From: Candidatus Nanohalobium sp.
Lineage (GTDB): Archaea; Nanohalarchaeota; Nanosalinia; Nanosalinales; Nanosalinaceae
DNA: 10,555 nt
Direction of reading: 5' to 3'
Assembly (NCBI GenBank): GCA_042216335.1
Contig: JBDGTY010000007.1
Span: 1-10,555 of the forward strand
Shown piece after piece: positions 1 to 7,336 of the stretch. Position 1 is the stretch's first letter; each line of letters opens with the position of its first letter. Made by a program: the position numbers and the translations under genes. The notes beneath the pieces were generated by a model. It was given only the letters and a program-made list of their open reading frames with translations. It was not told where the DNA came from and did not search any database.

Positions 1-662
1 AGGACAATCATGAGTAGTCCTGCTGCCATCCTCATCTTGGCCTTGTTCATGTGTTTCCATTCCTTCATCTCGCTTACTTTGTAGCTTCCGAGGTATGCGA
101 AGGTCACGATGATTATCAGCGGCATTACGAAGATCAGGTTGTACAGTGCCATCATCAGGTAGGCTGTCATGTTAACTCCCTGCTGTGACAGTACTGTCAG
201 GATCGCCAGGTAAGGTCCTCCAGTACAGGGCAGTTCGACGGCTGCGACGAAGATTCCCATGACTACTGCTGCGGGCGTCGTCAGGTCGTTCATCTTATCC
301 GCTATCTTCTCCGCGTACTCCTCAGGTATCATGAGGGAGGTGCCCTTGCCGTACCAGTAGAAGTCCTTGATCTCCAGCAATCCTCCGAATATCACTATCA
401 GCGCCACGGCTATAGTGACATAGTTCGCTATCTGCACCGGCAGGTTCGCAAGGAAGAACAGTATACCGATCCCTGCGACGAAGTATGTCAGGAATACTGC
501 GGTGATGTAGATCATTCCGACCTTGAGTATGTCCTTCTTCCTGTCCTGCTTGATCAATGTAGCGACCAGTAGAAGAGCGACTCCGATAGCACACGGATTG
601 ATGGAGTCAACTGCCGCAGTGATCAGTACTGCTCCGAGTGTCGGCAGTGTTGCTTCTACCAT
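1..662 (-). CDS. CcdA/DsbD-transmembrane-domain-like protein (cytochrome c biogenesis / thiol-disulfide electron transporter family), 3' end outside window
   Basis: Absent from the ORF track because it has no stop in the window. Manual translation from ATG at 662 is open to the edge: MVEATLPTLGAVLITAAVDSINPCAIGVALLLVATL...GIFVAAVELPCTGGPYLAILTVLS...MRMAAGLLMIV. It has about 6 hydrophobic segments and the two Pro-Cys motifs typical of CcdA/DsbD-beta (NPC, Cys codon 591-593; LPC, Cys codon 225-227). Confidence 0.8.
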   Translation of the reverse strand, partial: MVEATLPTLGAVLITAAVDSINPCAIGVALLLVATLIKQDRKKDILKVGMIYITAVFLTYFVAGIGILFFLANLPVQIANYVTIAVALIVIFGGLLEIKDFYWYGKGTSLMIPEEYAEKIADKMNDLTTPAAVVMGIFVAAVELPCTGGPYLAILTVLSQQGVNMTAYLMMALYNLIFVMPLIIIVTFAYLGSYKVSEMKEWKHMNKAKMRMAAGLLMIV

Positions 663-728
663 GCAGCATCACTCTGCTGATGTTTATCAAAGAAAGCTCG
701 CTTTTGCTTTTCGTCCTGTATCATTTTT

Positions 729-1619
729 TTATCCTCCGTAGCCCTCTCCTGACTTCTTCAGGCCGAATCCCCTGTACTTTCCATCCTCTCTGACGTCCTG
801 AAGTGCTTCTGCTGTGGTTTTGCCGTCGTAGATCACGAATATGTCGTCGAGGCTTGGCCCTCTTGCGTATGGCGAGATAACATATTCTTTTGGACTGTCG
901 GCTGATTTTCCGTGGCTGCTGCATCTGTCTTCTGCCTTGACTTTGCTTCCGACAGCGCACCAGTAGCGGTTGCCGACTCCTTTCCTGACCAGTATCTTGA
1001 GTGTCTTGTTCTCGGTCTCGTACTTCTTGACTACCCCGTCGCCTGTTGGATAGACGAGCTGTGTGTTAGTAAGTTTTCCGTTGAACTGCTGGAAGAAAGC
1101 GCTTAAAGTGGCGTCTTCCCTGTCTTTGAATACTCCTTCGAGGTGTATCCTGTTGTCGTTGTGTTCGTGGTATTCTGTGCTGCCGACTCTGTCGTTCACG
1201 CTGCACATGTAGCTGGATTCATGCCGTGTTTCCTTACAGAAGTTTTCAGGGTCGATAAGCTCCAGCCTCTCCATCTTCCCGGTGCTGTTCTGAACTATCA
1301 CTTCGTAGTCTGCGTGCCAGTGGATCTCTCCTCCGCTCCAGGATGTCTGGCTCTGGTGGACGAAAGCTCCTGCCGTGTAGAGTGATGGAACAAGTACGGC
1401 GACAAGGAACGCGTTCATGAGAATATTCTTGTCCTTCAGTGTCAGGTCGTCTTCCCTGTAGAATGAGGCTGCGGCCAGTACGAGGCATGTGAAGAATCCG
1501 AGTACGATCATGGGTTGAACGTACTGCACCAGTTGCATCTCCGGTACTAGCTGGATGGCTGCGGCTGTCGCCAGAACCGTTGCAAATACTGCGTAGATTA
1601 TCCTGCGTGGTACGTTCAA
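729..1619 (-). CDS. Hypothetical membrane-anchored protein: 3 N-terminal TM helices plus a soluble domain with HWH and HEHxxxxxH motifs and 4 Cys; putative metal-binding protein
   Basis: 296-aa ORF with a TTG start 7 nt after GAGGA. Hydrophobic stretches at about aa 7-25, 36-54 and 66-87. Motifs IHWHADYEV and YHEHNDNRIHLEG..TLSAFF. Cys at 128, 139, 221 and 233. N-x-T sequons at 111 and 204. The start position is uncertain. Confidence 0.8.
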   Translation of the reverse strand: MNVPRRIIYAVFATVLATAAAIQLVPEMQLVQYVQPMIVLGFFTCLVLAAASFYREDDLTLKDKNILMNAFLVAVLVPSLYTAGAFVHQSQTSWSGGEIHWHADYEVIVQNSTGKMERLELIDPENFCKETRHESSYMCSVNDRVGSTEYHEHNDNRIHLEGVFKDREDATLSAFFQQFNGKLTNTQLVYPTGDGVVKKYETENKTLKILVRKGVGNRYWCAVGSKVKAEDRCSSHGKSADSPKEYVISPYARGPSLDDIFVIYDGKTTAEALQDVREDGKYRGFGLKKSGEGYGG

Positions 1620-1634
1620 GTTATCGTCCTCTTT

Positions 1635-1802
1635 TCAGCAAAACTGGCATACCTCTTCTTTTTCGTCCGGCTTCTCCTCGTGCTCGTATGTTTCCTTGCA
1701 GTCCTCGCAGCAGAACTTCTTACCGTCCTCTTCCACTGCATCATCGCCTAATTCCTTTCCGCATACGTAGCATTCGTCGTCCGAACTTCCGAGTAGAGAC
1801 AT
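1635..1802 (-). CDS. Small Cys-rich TRASH/YHS-like metal-binding protein (55 aa) with an extra C-terminal CxxC
   Basis: MSLLGSSDDECYVCGKELGDDAVEEDGKKFCCEDCKETYEHEEKPDEKEEVCQFC shows the CxxCG...FCCxxC pattern of TRASH domains and an acidic composition like the neighbouring genes. The ATG at 1802 is preferred over the GTG at 1838 because a TATA box sits 25-30 nt upstream of it. Confidence 0.8.
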   Translation of the reverse strand: MSLLGSSDDECYVCGKELGDDAVEEDGKKFCCEDCKETYEHEEKPDEKEEVCQFC

Positions 1803-1825
1803 AGAACCGATTTCACATCGCCGCC

Positions 1826-1833
1826 ATTTAAAG
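1826..1833 (-). promoter_or_regulatory. Archaeal TATA box (CTTTAAAT) for the TRASH-like gene, probably giving a leaderless transcript
   Basis: TTTAAA lies at -30 to -25 relative to ATG 1802, inside the 39-nt intergenic gap. Confidence 0.6.
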
Positions 1834-1841
1834 CCCACGGC

Positions 1842-4463
1842 TCAATCGGAAAACACGAAGTCCGTTACGCTGCTCAAAACATAGGAAAGGATCAGGAATG
1901 CTCCGAAACCTGCTCCCAGGTATATCCACGGCTCCGCACCGAGAGCGACGACCTTTAGATACTCTCTTACCGGGGTGTAAAGCACTCCAAGCTGCAGGAT
2001 GGATGAGGATGCCAGCGCCCCTATTAGCCATCTGTTCGAAAGTATGGACTGGTCATACCGTGATCTTATGGTCTGGATACGGACCATCTCGATCATCACG
2101 AGGAAGGTGAACAGTACTGTCTGTGCAACAAGGAGGCTTGAACCTGCGAACCTGAAGAAGAGCGGTAGGCCTATGGCCGCGATTATGAATCCGATTCCTC
2201 CGATTGATGCCAGCATCCTTTTGTTTATGACTGGTTCGTCCTTGCCGCGTGGCTCCCTTTTCATTATGCCCTCGGACTTTGGGTCGGCTCCGAGCGCCAG
2301 CGCCGGAAGCCCGTCGGTTACCAGGTTCAGCCAGAGCAGCATCACAGGAGTGAGTATCAGGGCTTCGGAGTTGGCCTGGAAAACCTGAGGGAACAGGAAG
2401 CTGCCGATAAGTATCCCTAGGAAAACGGTGAGTACCTCGCCAGTATTGGCAGAGAGAAGGTAGTTCACAAACTTCCTGATGTTGTCGAATATAGCCCGTC
2501 CCTCTGCGATCGCATCCCTTATAGTAACAAAGTTATCGTCCTGTAGAACCATATCGCTGCTCTGCTGGGCTACATCCGTGCCTCTCTCACCCATCGCGAT
2601 TCCTACATCCGAGTTTTTCAGTGCTGGGGCGTCGTTGACGCCGTCGCCGGTCATCGCAACGGTCTTACTGTTCTTCTGCAAGGCTTTCAGTATCTCGACC
2701 TTGTTTTCCGGCGATACTCGGGCAAATATCTCCACATCCTCTACCTTCTCCTGGAGTTCGTGTTCCTCCATCTCGTCGACTTCCGGTCCTGTCAGTGCGT
2801 TCTCCGGGTTGAAGCCCAGCTGTTCTCCGATGGCCTTTGCCGTCTCCACATTGTCGCCTGTCGCCATCACTACGTCGATGCCTGCGTCCCTGCAGTCGTC
2901 TACTGCTTCCTTCACTTCGCTCCTCGGCGGATCTATCATGCCCTGCATCCCGACGAACGTCATACCGCTTTCAATATCATCTTTATCCGCATCGGCTTCG
3001 GCGCCGTCTTTCCGGGCGAACGCCAGGACTCTGAGCGCATCCCTGGCGAACTCATCGTTTTTCTCCAGGACTTTCCCCCTCAGGTTATCCGTCAGTTCAA
3101 TCTCCTCGCCCTCGATAAGTATGGTGTCGCATCTATCCAGCACGACGCTCGGCGCACCTTTCATGTAGGCCCTGCCCTCGTCGGAGACGACAGTCATGCG
3201 CTTCCTGTCCGATGAGAATGGTATCTCACGCACTCTCTGTATGCCTGGGTCGAATCCGGCCTTCTCGGCGGAGACCTTCAGCGCTACCTCGGTCGGATCA
3301 CCGTGGTACTCTCCCTTCCTCTTCTCCGCGTTGTTGCATATGTAGCCGACTTCCAGGGCCTCCTGCATTTTCTCCCTGTTCTCCACTTCTCCGTCGGTTG
3401 ACAGACCTTCGCCTGTTACTTTGGAGACTACTCCCTGACTGTAGATCTTCTCCACGGTCATCGTTCCCTCCGTCAGGGTTCCTGTCTTGTCCGTTACGAT
3501 TGTATCTATCGATCCGAGGCTTTCAACCACCGGCAGCTTCCTGACAAGCGCGTCCTTTTTCAGCATCTTCTTCGAACCTAGAGCCAGAGTCAATGTGACG
3601 ACAGCCGGCAGCCCTTCAGGCACTGCGGCGACTGCAAGGGTGATAGCAACGAGAATTATTGATACTGGCTTTGCCGAGGTGAAGAAGAACTGTGTCGCCG
3701 CCACTATAGCTATTACTGCCATTATTCCGTATCCTATGGTCTTGCCGAGCTCGTTGACCTCTTTCTGGAATGGTGTTTCACGGTCGTCGGCCCCGTTTAT
3801 TTCGTCGGCTATCTCCCCGATCTCGGTCTCCATGCCGGTCTCGGTAACTACGGCCTTTCCCCTGCCCTTGATGGCTGTAGTGTTCATGTATACCATGTTT
3901 GATCGTTCAGCAAGCGGTGTATCCTCATCTATTGCTTCGCTTTGCTTGGATTCGCTGCTGCTTTCGCCTGTCAACGCACTCTCATCGGTTTCCAGTGTTT
4001 GAGCGTCGAGTACTCTTGCATCGGCCGGTACGGCGTCTCCCTGCTCCAGGAAGATTACATCGCCAGGCACCAGCTCTTCTGAGTCGACTTTTTTCTTCTC
4101 TCCTCCACGTATCACTGTGGCACTTGGAGTGGATAGATCTTTCAACGCCTCGATCGATTTCTCGGCCTTGTAGTCCTGGATGAAGCCGAATATGCCGTTA
4201 CCGAGCAATATCAGAAATATGAGTGCTGCATCTAGGATCTCTCCGATGAGGCCGGAGAACAGTGCTGCTGCAATCAACAGGTAGATCAGGAAGTCATTGA
4301 ACTGGGAGAAAAATATCCTCAGCGGCGAGATATCTTCTGAACTCCTGATATTGTTCTCACCGTACTTCTCCCGCCGCCTCTCTACATCCTTCTCTGAAAG
4401 GCCGTCCTCACCTGTATCCAGGTCCTCCAGAACTTCCTTGGAATCACGGGAATGCCATTCCAT
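1842..4463 (-). CDS. P-type ATPase, type IIA (SERCA/PacL-like), probably Ca2+-transporting
   Basis: 873 aa with TGES, VAAVPEGL, the DKTGTLT phosphorylation site, KGAP, DPPR, TGD and GDGVNDAPAL. Membrane motifs SANTGE (M5), NLVTDG (M6) and VMIEM (M8). No CPC/CPH motif, so it is not a P1B heavy-metal pump. Confidence 0.93.
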   Translation of the reverse strand: MEWHSRDSKEVLEDLDTGEDGLSEKDVERRREKYGENNIRSSEDISPLRIFFSQFNDFLIYLLIAAALFSGLIGEILDAALIFLILLGNGIFGFIQDYKAEKSIEALKDLSTPSATVIRGGEKKKVDSEELVPGDVIFLEQGDAVPADARVLDAQTLETDESALTGESSSESKQSEAIDEDTPLAERSNMVYMNTTAIKGRGKAVVTETGMETEIGEIADEINGADDRETPFQKEVNELGKTIGYGIMAVIAIVAATQFFFTSAKPVSIILVAITLAVAAVPEGLPAVVTLTLALGSKKMLKKDALVRKLPVVESLGSIDTIVTDKTGTLTEGTMTVEKIYSQGVVSKVTGEGLSTDGEVENREKMQEALEVGYICNNAEKRKGEYHGDPTEVALKVSAEKAGFDPGIQRVREIPFSSDRKRMTVVSDEGRAYMKGAPSVVLDRCDTILIEGEEIELTDNLRGKVLEKNDEFARDALRVLAFARKDGAEADADKDDIESGMTFVGMQGMIDPPRSEVKEAVDDCRDAGIDVVMATGDNVETAKAIGEQLGFNPENALTGPEVDEMEEHELQEKVEDVEIFARVSPENKVEILKALQKNSKTVAMTGDGVNDAPALKNSDVGIAMGERGTDVAQQSSDMVLQDDNFVTIRDAIAEGRAIFDNIRKFVNYLLSANTGEVLTVFLGILIGSFLFPQVFQANSEALILTPVMLLWLNLVTDGLPALALGADPKSEGIMKREPRGKDEPVINKRMLASIGGIGFIIAAIGLPLFFRFAGSSLLVAQTVLFTFLVMIEMVRIQTIRSRYDQSILSNRWLIGALASSSILQLGVLYTPVREYLKVVALGAEPWIYLGAGFGAFLILSYVLSSVTDFVFSD

Positions 4464-4487
4464 CTACACCGTTTTTCCCGCCGCTCG

Positions 4488-4495
4488 TTTTAATA
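4488..4495 (-). promoter_or_regulatory. Putative TATA box (TATTAAAA) for the P2A ATPase gene
   Basis: It lies at -32 to -25 from ATG 4463 in the 35-nt gap after the lpdA stop. A GGTG just before the ATG could also act as an RBS on a read-through transcript. Confidence 0.5.
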
Positions 4496-4498
4496 CCT

Positions 4499-5905
4499 TC
4501 ACTGGTGGATGCACTCGTCCAGAGCGTCCTCACACGCCTCGCCGAACGCCTCAGGGAAGGTAGGATGCGCATGGATGGTGTTCGCCACGTCATCAAGATA
4601 AGCCTGCATCTCAAGAGCCAGAGTTGCCTCCGCTATCATGTCAGAGGCGCGCGGAGCCACGATCTGCGCTCCCTGAATCTTATCGTCTCCTGACGCCACG
4701 ACCTTGATGAAACCGGATTCATGATTGGTAGTCAGTGCTCTGCCGGATGCCGACATGTTAAACTTGCCTATCTTAACTTCATCGAACTCTTCACGGGCTT
4801 CCTTTTCCGTCATGCCGATCACGGCGACCTCTGGATCCGTGTAGATAACTTTGGGAATGTACTGATTGTCGAAAGCCGCTGGCTCTCCCGCAGCGACCTC
4901 TCCTGCGACCTTGCCCTCTCTGTAGCCTTTGTGGGCGAGCATGGGCTGTCCTGCAGCGTCTCCCACTACAAGTATGTTTTCATCATCCGTCACCATCTGA
5001 CTGTCGTGTTTGACGAAGCCTTCCTCAATTTCGACTTCTGTATTTTCTAGACCTAGGTCTTCCAGGTTCGGTTCTGCAGTTCTTCCGGCTGCGACCAGTA
5101 TCAGATCGCCCTCGACTTCGACTTTTTCATCATCATTTTCCGCGACCAGAACAGCCTTGTCGTCCCTATACTTCACTTCCTGGGCCTTATGGTTCTCGTA
5201 TATCTCATCGTTGTAGCAGTCAGAGGTCTCCTGTATCTCGTCGACTATCTCCTGGCTGAAGTTCTGTAGGACTCTGTCCCGTGCTTCGACGACTTTGACG
5301 GTCGATCCGAACTTGCAGAACTTTGTCACGGCCTCCATGCCGATGTAGCCGCCTCCGACCACGACTATCTCGTCCGGAACCTCATCAAGGTTCAGAAGCT
5401 CTCTGGAGGAGATAACTTTGTCCTTGTCGAACTCGAGGCCAGGTATCTCGATCGGCTTGCTGCCCGTTGCGATCACAGCTTTCTCGAACTCTATCTTCTC
5501 CGCATTGTGCTCCTCCTCAACCCTGACCGAGTTAGAGGACTCGAACGTTGCTTCACCTGTGACGTAGTTCACGCCGTTCTTTTCCAGCATCGCCTCGACC
5601 CCACTGTCCAGTCTCTCAACAATGCCGTCTTTCCACTCCTGAACCTCGTCAAAGTTCACCTCGCGGTTCTCGGTGTGGATTCCGATCTCGTTCCAGTGAT
5701 CAAGATCTGACTGGTACTTGGCGGCATGTATAAGCGCCTTCGCCGGTATACATCCGCGGTTCAGGCACGTACCGCCTATCTCGTTCTTTTCGACCAGTGT
5801 AACGTCCAGTCCTTTCTGTGCGCCCCTGATCGCAGCGGAGTAGCCAGCAGGGCCTCCGCCGATGACCAGAAGGTCTGTTCCTGTTGCGATATCTCCTACT
5901 ACCAT
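4499..5905 (-). CDS. lpdA: Dihydrolipoamide dehydrogenase (E3)
   Basis: FAD-binding GGGPAG, redox disulfide GGTCLNRGCIP, NAD-binding GGGYIG..E, and C-terminal HAHPTFPE (HxxxxE dyad). It is the last gene of the E1a-E1b-E2-E3 operon. Confidence 0.96.
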   Translation of the reverse strand: MVVGDIATGTDLLVIGGGPAGYSAAIRGAQKGLDVTLVEKNEIGGTCLNRGCIPAKALIHAAKYQSDLDHWNEIGIHTENREVNFDEVQEWKDGIVERLDSGVEAMLEKNGVNYVTGEATFESSNSVRVEEEHNAEKIEFEKAVIATGSKPIEIPGLEFDKDKVISSRELLNLDEVPDEIVVVGGGYIGMEAVTKFCKFGSTVKVVEARDRVLQNFSQEIVDEIQETSDCYNDEIYENHKAQEVKYRDDKAVLVAENDDEKVEVEGDLILVAAGRTAEPNLEDLGLENTEVEIEEGFVKHDSQMVTDDENILVVGDAAGQPMLAHKGYREGKVAGEVAAGEPAAFDNQYIPKVIYTDPEVAVIGMTEKEAREEFDEVKIGKFNMSASGRALTTNHESGFIKVVASGDDKIQGAQIVAPRASDMIAEATLALEMQAYLDDVANTIHAHPTFPEAFGEACEDALDECIHQ

Positions 5906-7336
5906 TTACAGTTCCACCATCATCTCCTCAGGATTCTCCAGGTTTTCCACAACCTCGTTCACAAACCTGGCGGCTGTTGCGCCGTCCAGAACTCGGTGAT
6001 CGTAGCTGAACGAAAGCTTGACTGTCGTTCGGGCCTCAACTTCTCCTTTCACTACCTCGGCAGTTTCCTGGATTTTCCCGACGCCCATTATGCAGGTCTG
6101 CGGAGGATTGATTATAGGAGTGAAGGCTTCCCCACCTATCACTCCGATGTTGGTGATGGAGAAGCTACCGGGCTGCATTTCCTCGCTGGAGATTTTGCCG
6201 TTTTGCGCTTTCTCGACGGTATCTCCCAGATTCTGGGCCAGTTCAAGCAGGTTTTTCTCTCCGACGTTGTCTATCCGTGGCACGAGAAGCCCTCTTTCCG
6301 TGTCGACGGCAATGTTGAAGTTGTAGGAATCTTTAGTATCTATCTCCATCGAATCACCGTCAAAGTGCGCGTTCGCCCGCGGATACTTTCTAGCGGCCAG
6401 CATACACGCCTTCATGATGAACGGCATGTACGTCAGATGAGCGTCGACATCGCTGTCGGCCTCCTCCCGTATCTCGACCAGCCTGGTAACATCCGCCTTC
6501 TCGATATGTGTGACGTGCGGCGCCGAGAAACGTGACTCCTCCATCTTCCTCGCGATGTTCTTCTCAAGGTTGGATAGTTCCTCTCCACTCACCGAACTCT
6601 GTGATCTTTCTCCAGTATCTTTTTCTTCTGTTTGCGAAGTTTTTGCATCTTCCTCAAAGTCCAGTACGTCTTCACGTGTGACCTTGCCGCCTCTTCCGGA
6701 ACCCTCGATCTTCCCGATATCTACTCCTTTCTCTCTCGCCAGTTTCCTGACTGCTGGAGTGGCATCGACATCCTGACTGGTTTTGACGGAACCGATCTTT
6801 TCTTCGGCTTCTTCAGTTTTGTTTTCCTCTACTGTTTCTGTAAGATTTTCTTCTCCGGCTGCCTCCAGCACTTCGTCTTCGGTAATCCTTTCGCCTGTCT
6901 TGATGGATGCCAGATCCACGTTCTTCTCCTCGGCCAGCTTCCTGACCTTAGGAAGAGCCAGAACATCTCCGGAGGATTCTGCATTATTTTCCCCTAGTTC
7001 CTCCTCCTGATTTGAAGTCTGTTCGTCCTTCTGTTCTTCTTCCTTATCTTTTTCCTCGACTTCCGGTTCAGAACTTTCAGCTTCCTCCGATACGTCTCCA
7101 GCATCCAGCTCCATTATTACTTCCCCAACCTCTACGTTATCGCCTGGAGAAACCTTCAAACTTTCAACGATTCCATCTGCCGGCGCTGGGATCTCCACGA
7201 CAGCTTTGTCCGTCTCTGCTTCCCCGACGACCTGATCCTCATCTATCTCATCGCCTTCTTCCACTTTCCATTCCAGGAACTCTCCTTCTGTTACTCCTTC
7301 GCCAGTGTCAGGGAATTCAAATTTCAATTTTTCCAC
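5906..7336 (-). CDS. pdhC: 2-oxoacid dehydrogenase E2, dihydrolipoamide acyltransferase (one lipoyl domain, two peripheral-subunit-binding repeats)
   Basis: GTG start. Lipoyl domain with ETDKA (Lys codon 7205-7207), acidic linkers, two PxVRKLAxEKxVD repeats, and a catalytic domain with PIINPP and DHRVLDG. Confidence 0.93.
   Translation of the reverse strand: MEKLKFEFPDTGEGVTEGEFLEWKVEEGDEIDEDQVVGEAETDKAVVEIPAPADGIVESLKVSPGDNVEVGEVIMELDAGDVSEEAESSEPEVEEKDKEEEQKDEQTSNQEEELGENNAESSGDVLALPKVRKLAEEKNVDLASIKTGERITEDEVLEAAGEENLTETVEENKTEEAEEKIGSVKTSQDVDATPAVRKLAREKGVDIGKIEGSGRGGKVTREDVLDFEEDAKTSQTEEKDTGERSQSSVSGEELSNLEKNIARKMEESRFSAPHVTHIEKADVTRLVEIREEADSDVDAHLTYMPFIMKACMLAARKYPRANAHFDGDSMEIDTKDSYNFNIAVDTERGLLVPRIDNVGEKNLLELAQNLGDTVEKAQNGKISSEEMQPGSFSITNIGVIGGEAFTPIINPPQTCIMGVGKIQETAEVVKGEVEARTTVKLSFSYDHRVLDGATAARFVNEVVENLENPEEMMVEL

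Noticed and set aside
683-731. T-run at 724-730 and short inverted repeat AAAGCTCGCTTT (693-704) as a terminator; TTGATAAA (683-690, minus strand) as a promoter
   Set aside because: The T-run is on the wrong strand for these genes, the stem is only 4-5 bp, and the TATA match is weak. None is well enough supported to call.
322-741. Track ORFs 322-594 (-) and 523-741 (+)
   Set aside because: They overlap the CcdA-like gene (frame from ATG 662), which the track missed because it runs off the window.
1803-1838. N-terminal extension MGFKWRRCEIGS of the TRASH ORF
   Set aside because: It runs through the TATA box, has an atypical basic composition, and starts 3 nt from the ATPase stop. ATG 1802 fits better.
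1842-4463. Heavy-metal (CopA/ZntA) ATPase call suggested by the adjacent TRASH gene
   Set aside because: It has PEGL rather than CPC/CPH, no HMA domain or HP motif, and a P2-type C-terminal membrane region.
6770-7100. TTC/TCT-rich low-complexity tracts as tandem repeats or an array
   Set aside because: They encode the Glu/Lys-rich E2 linkers and show no fixed repeat unit.
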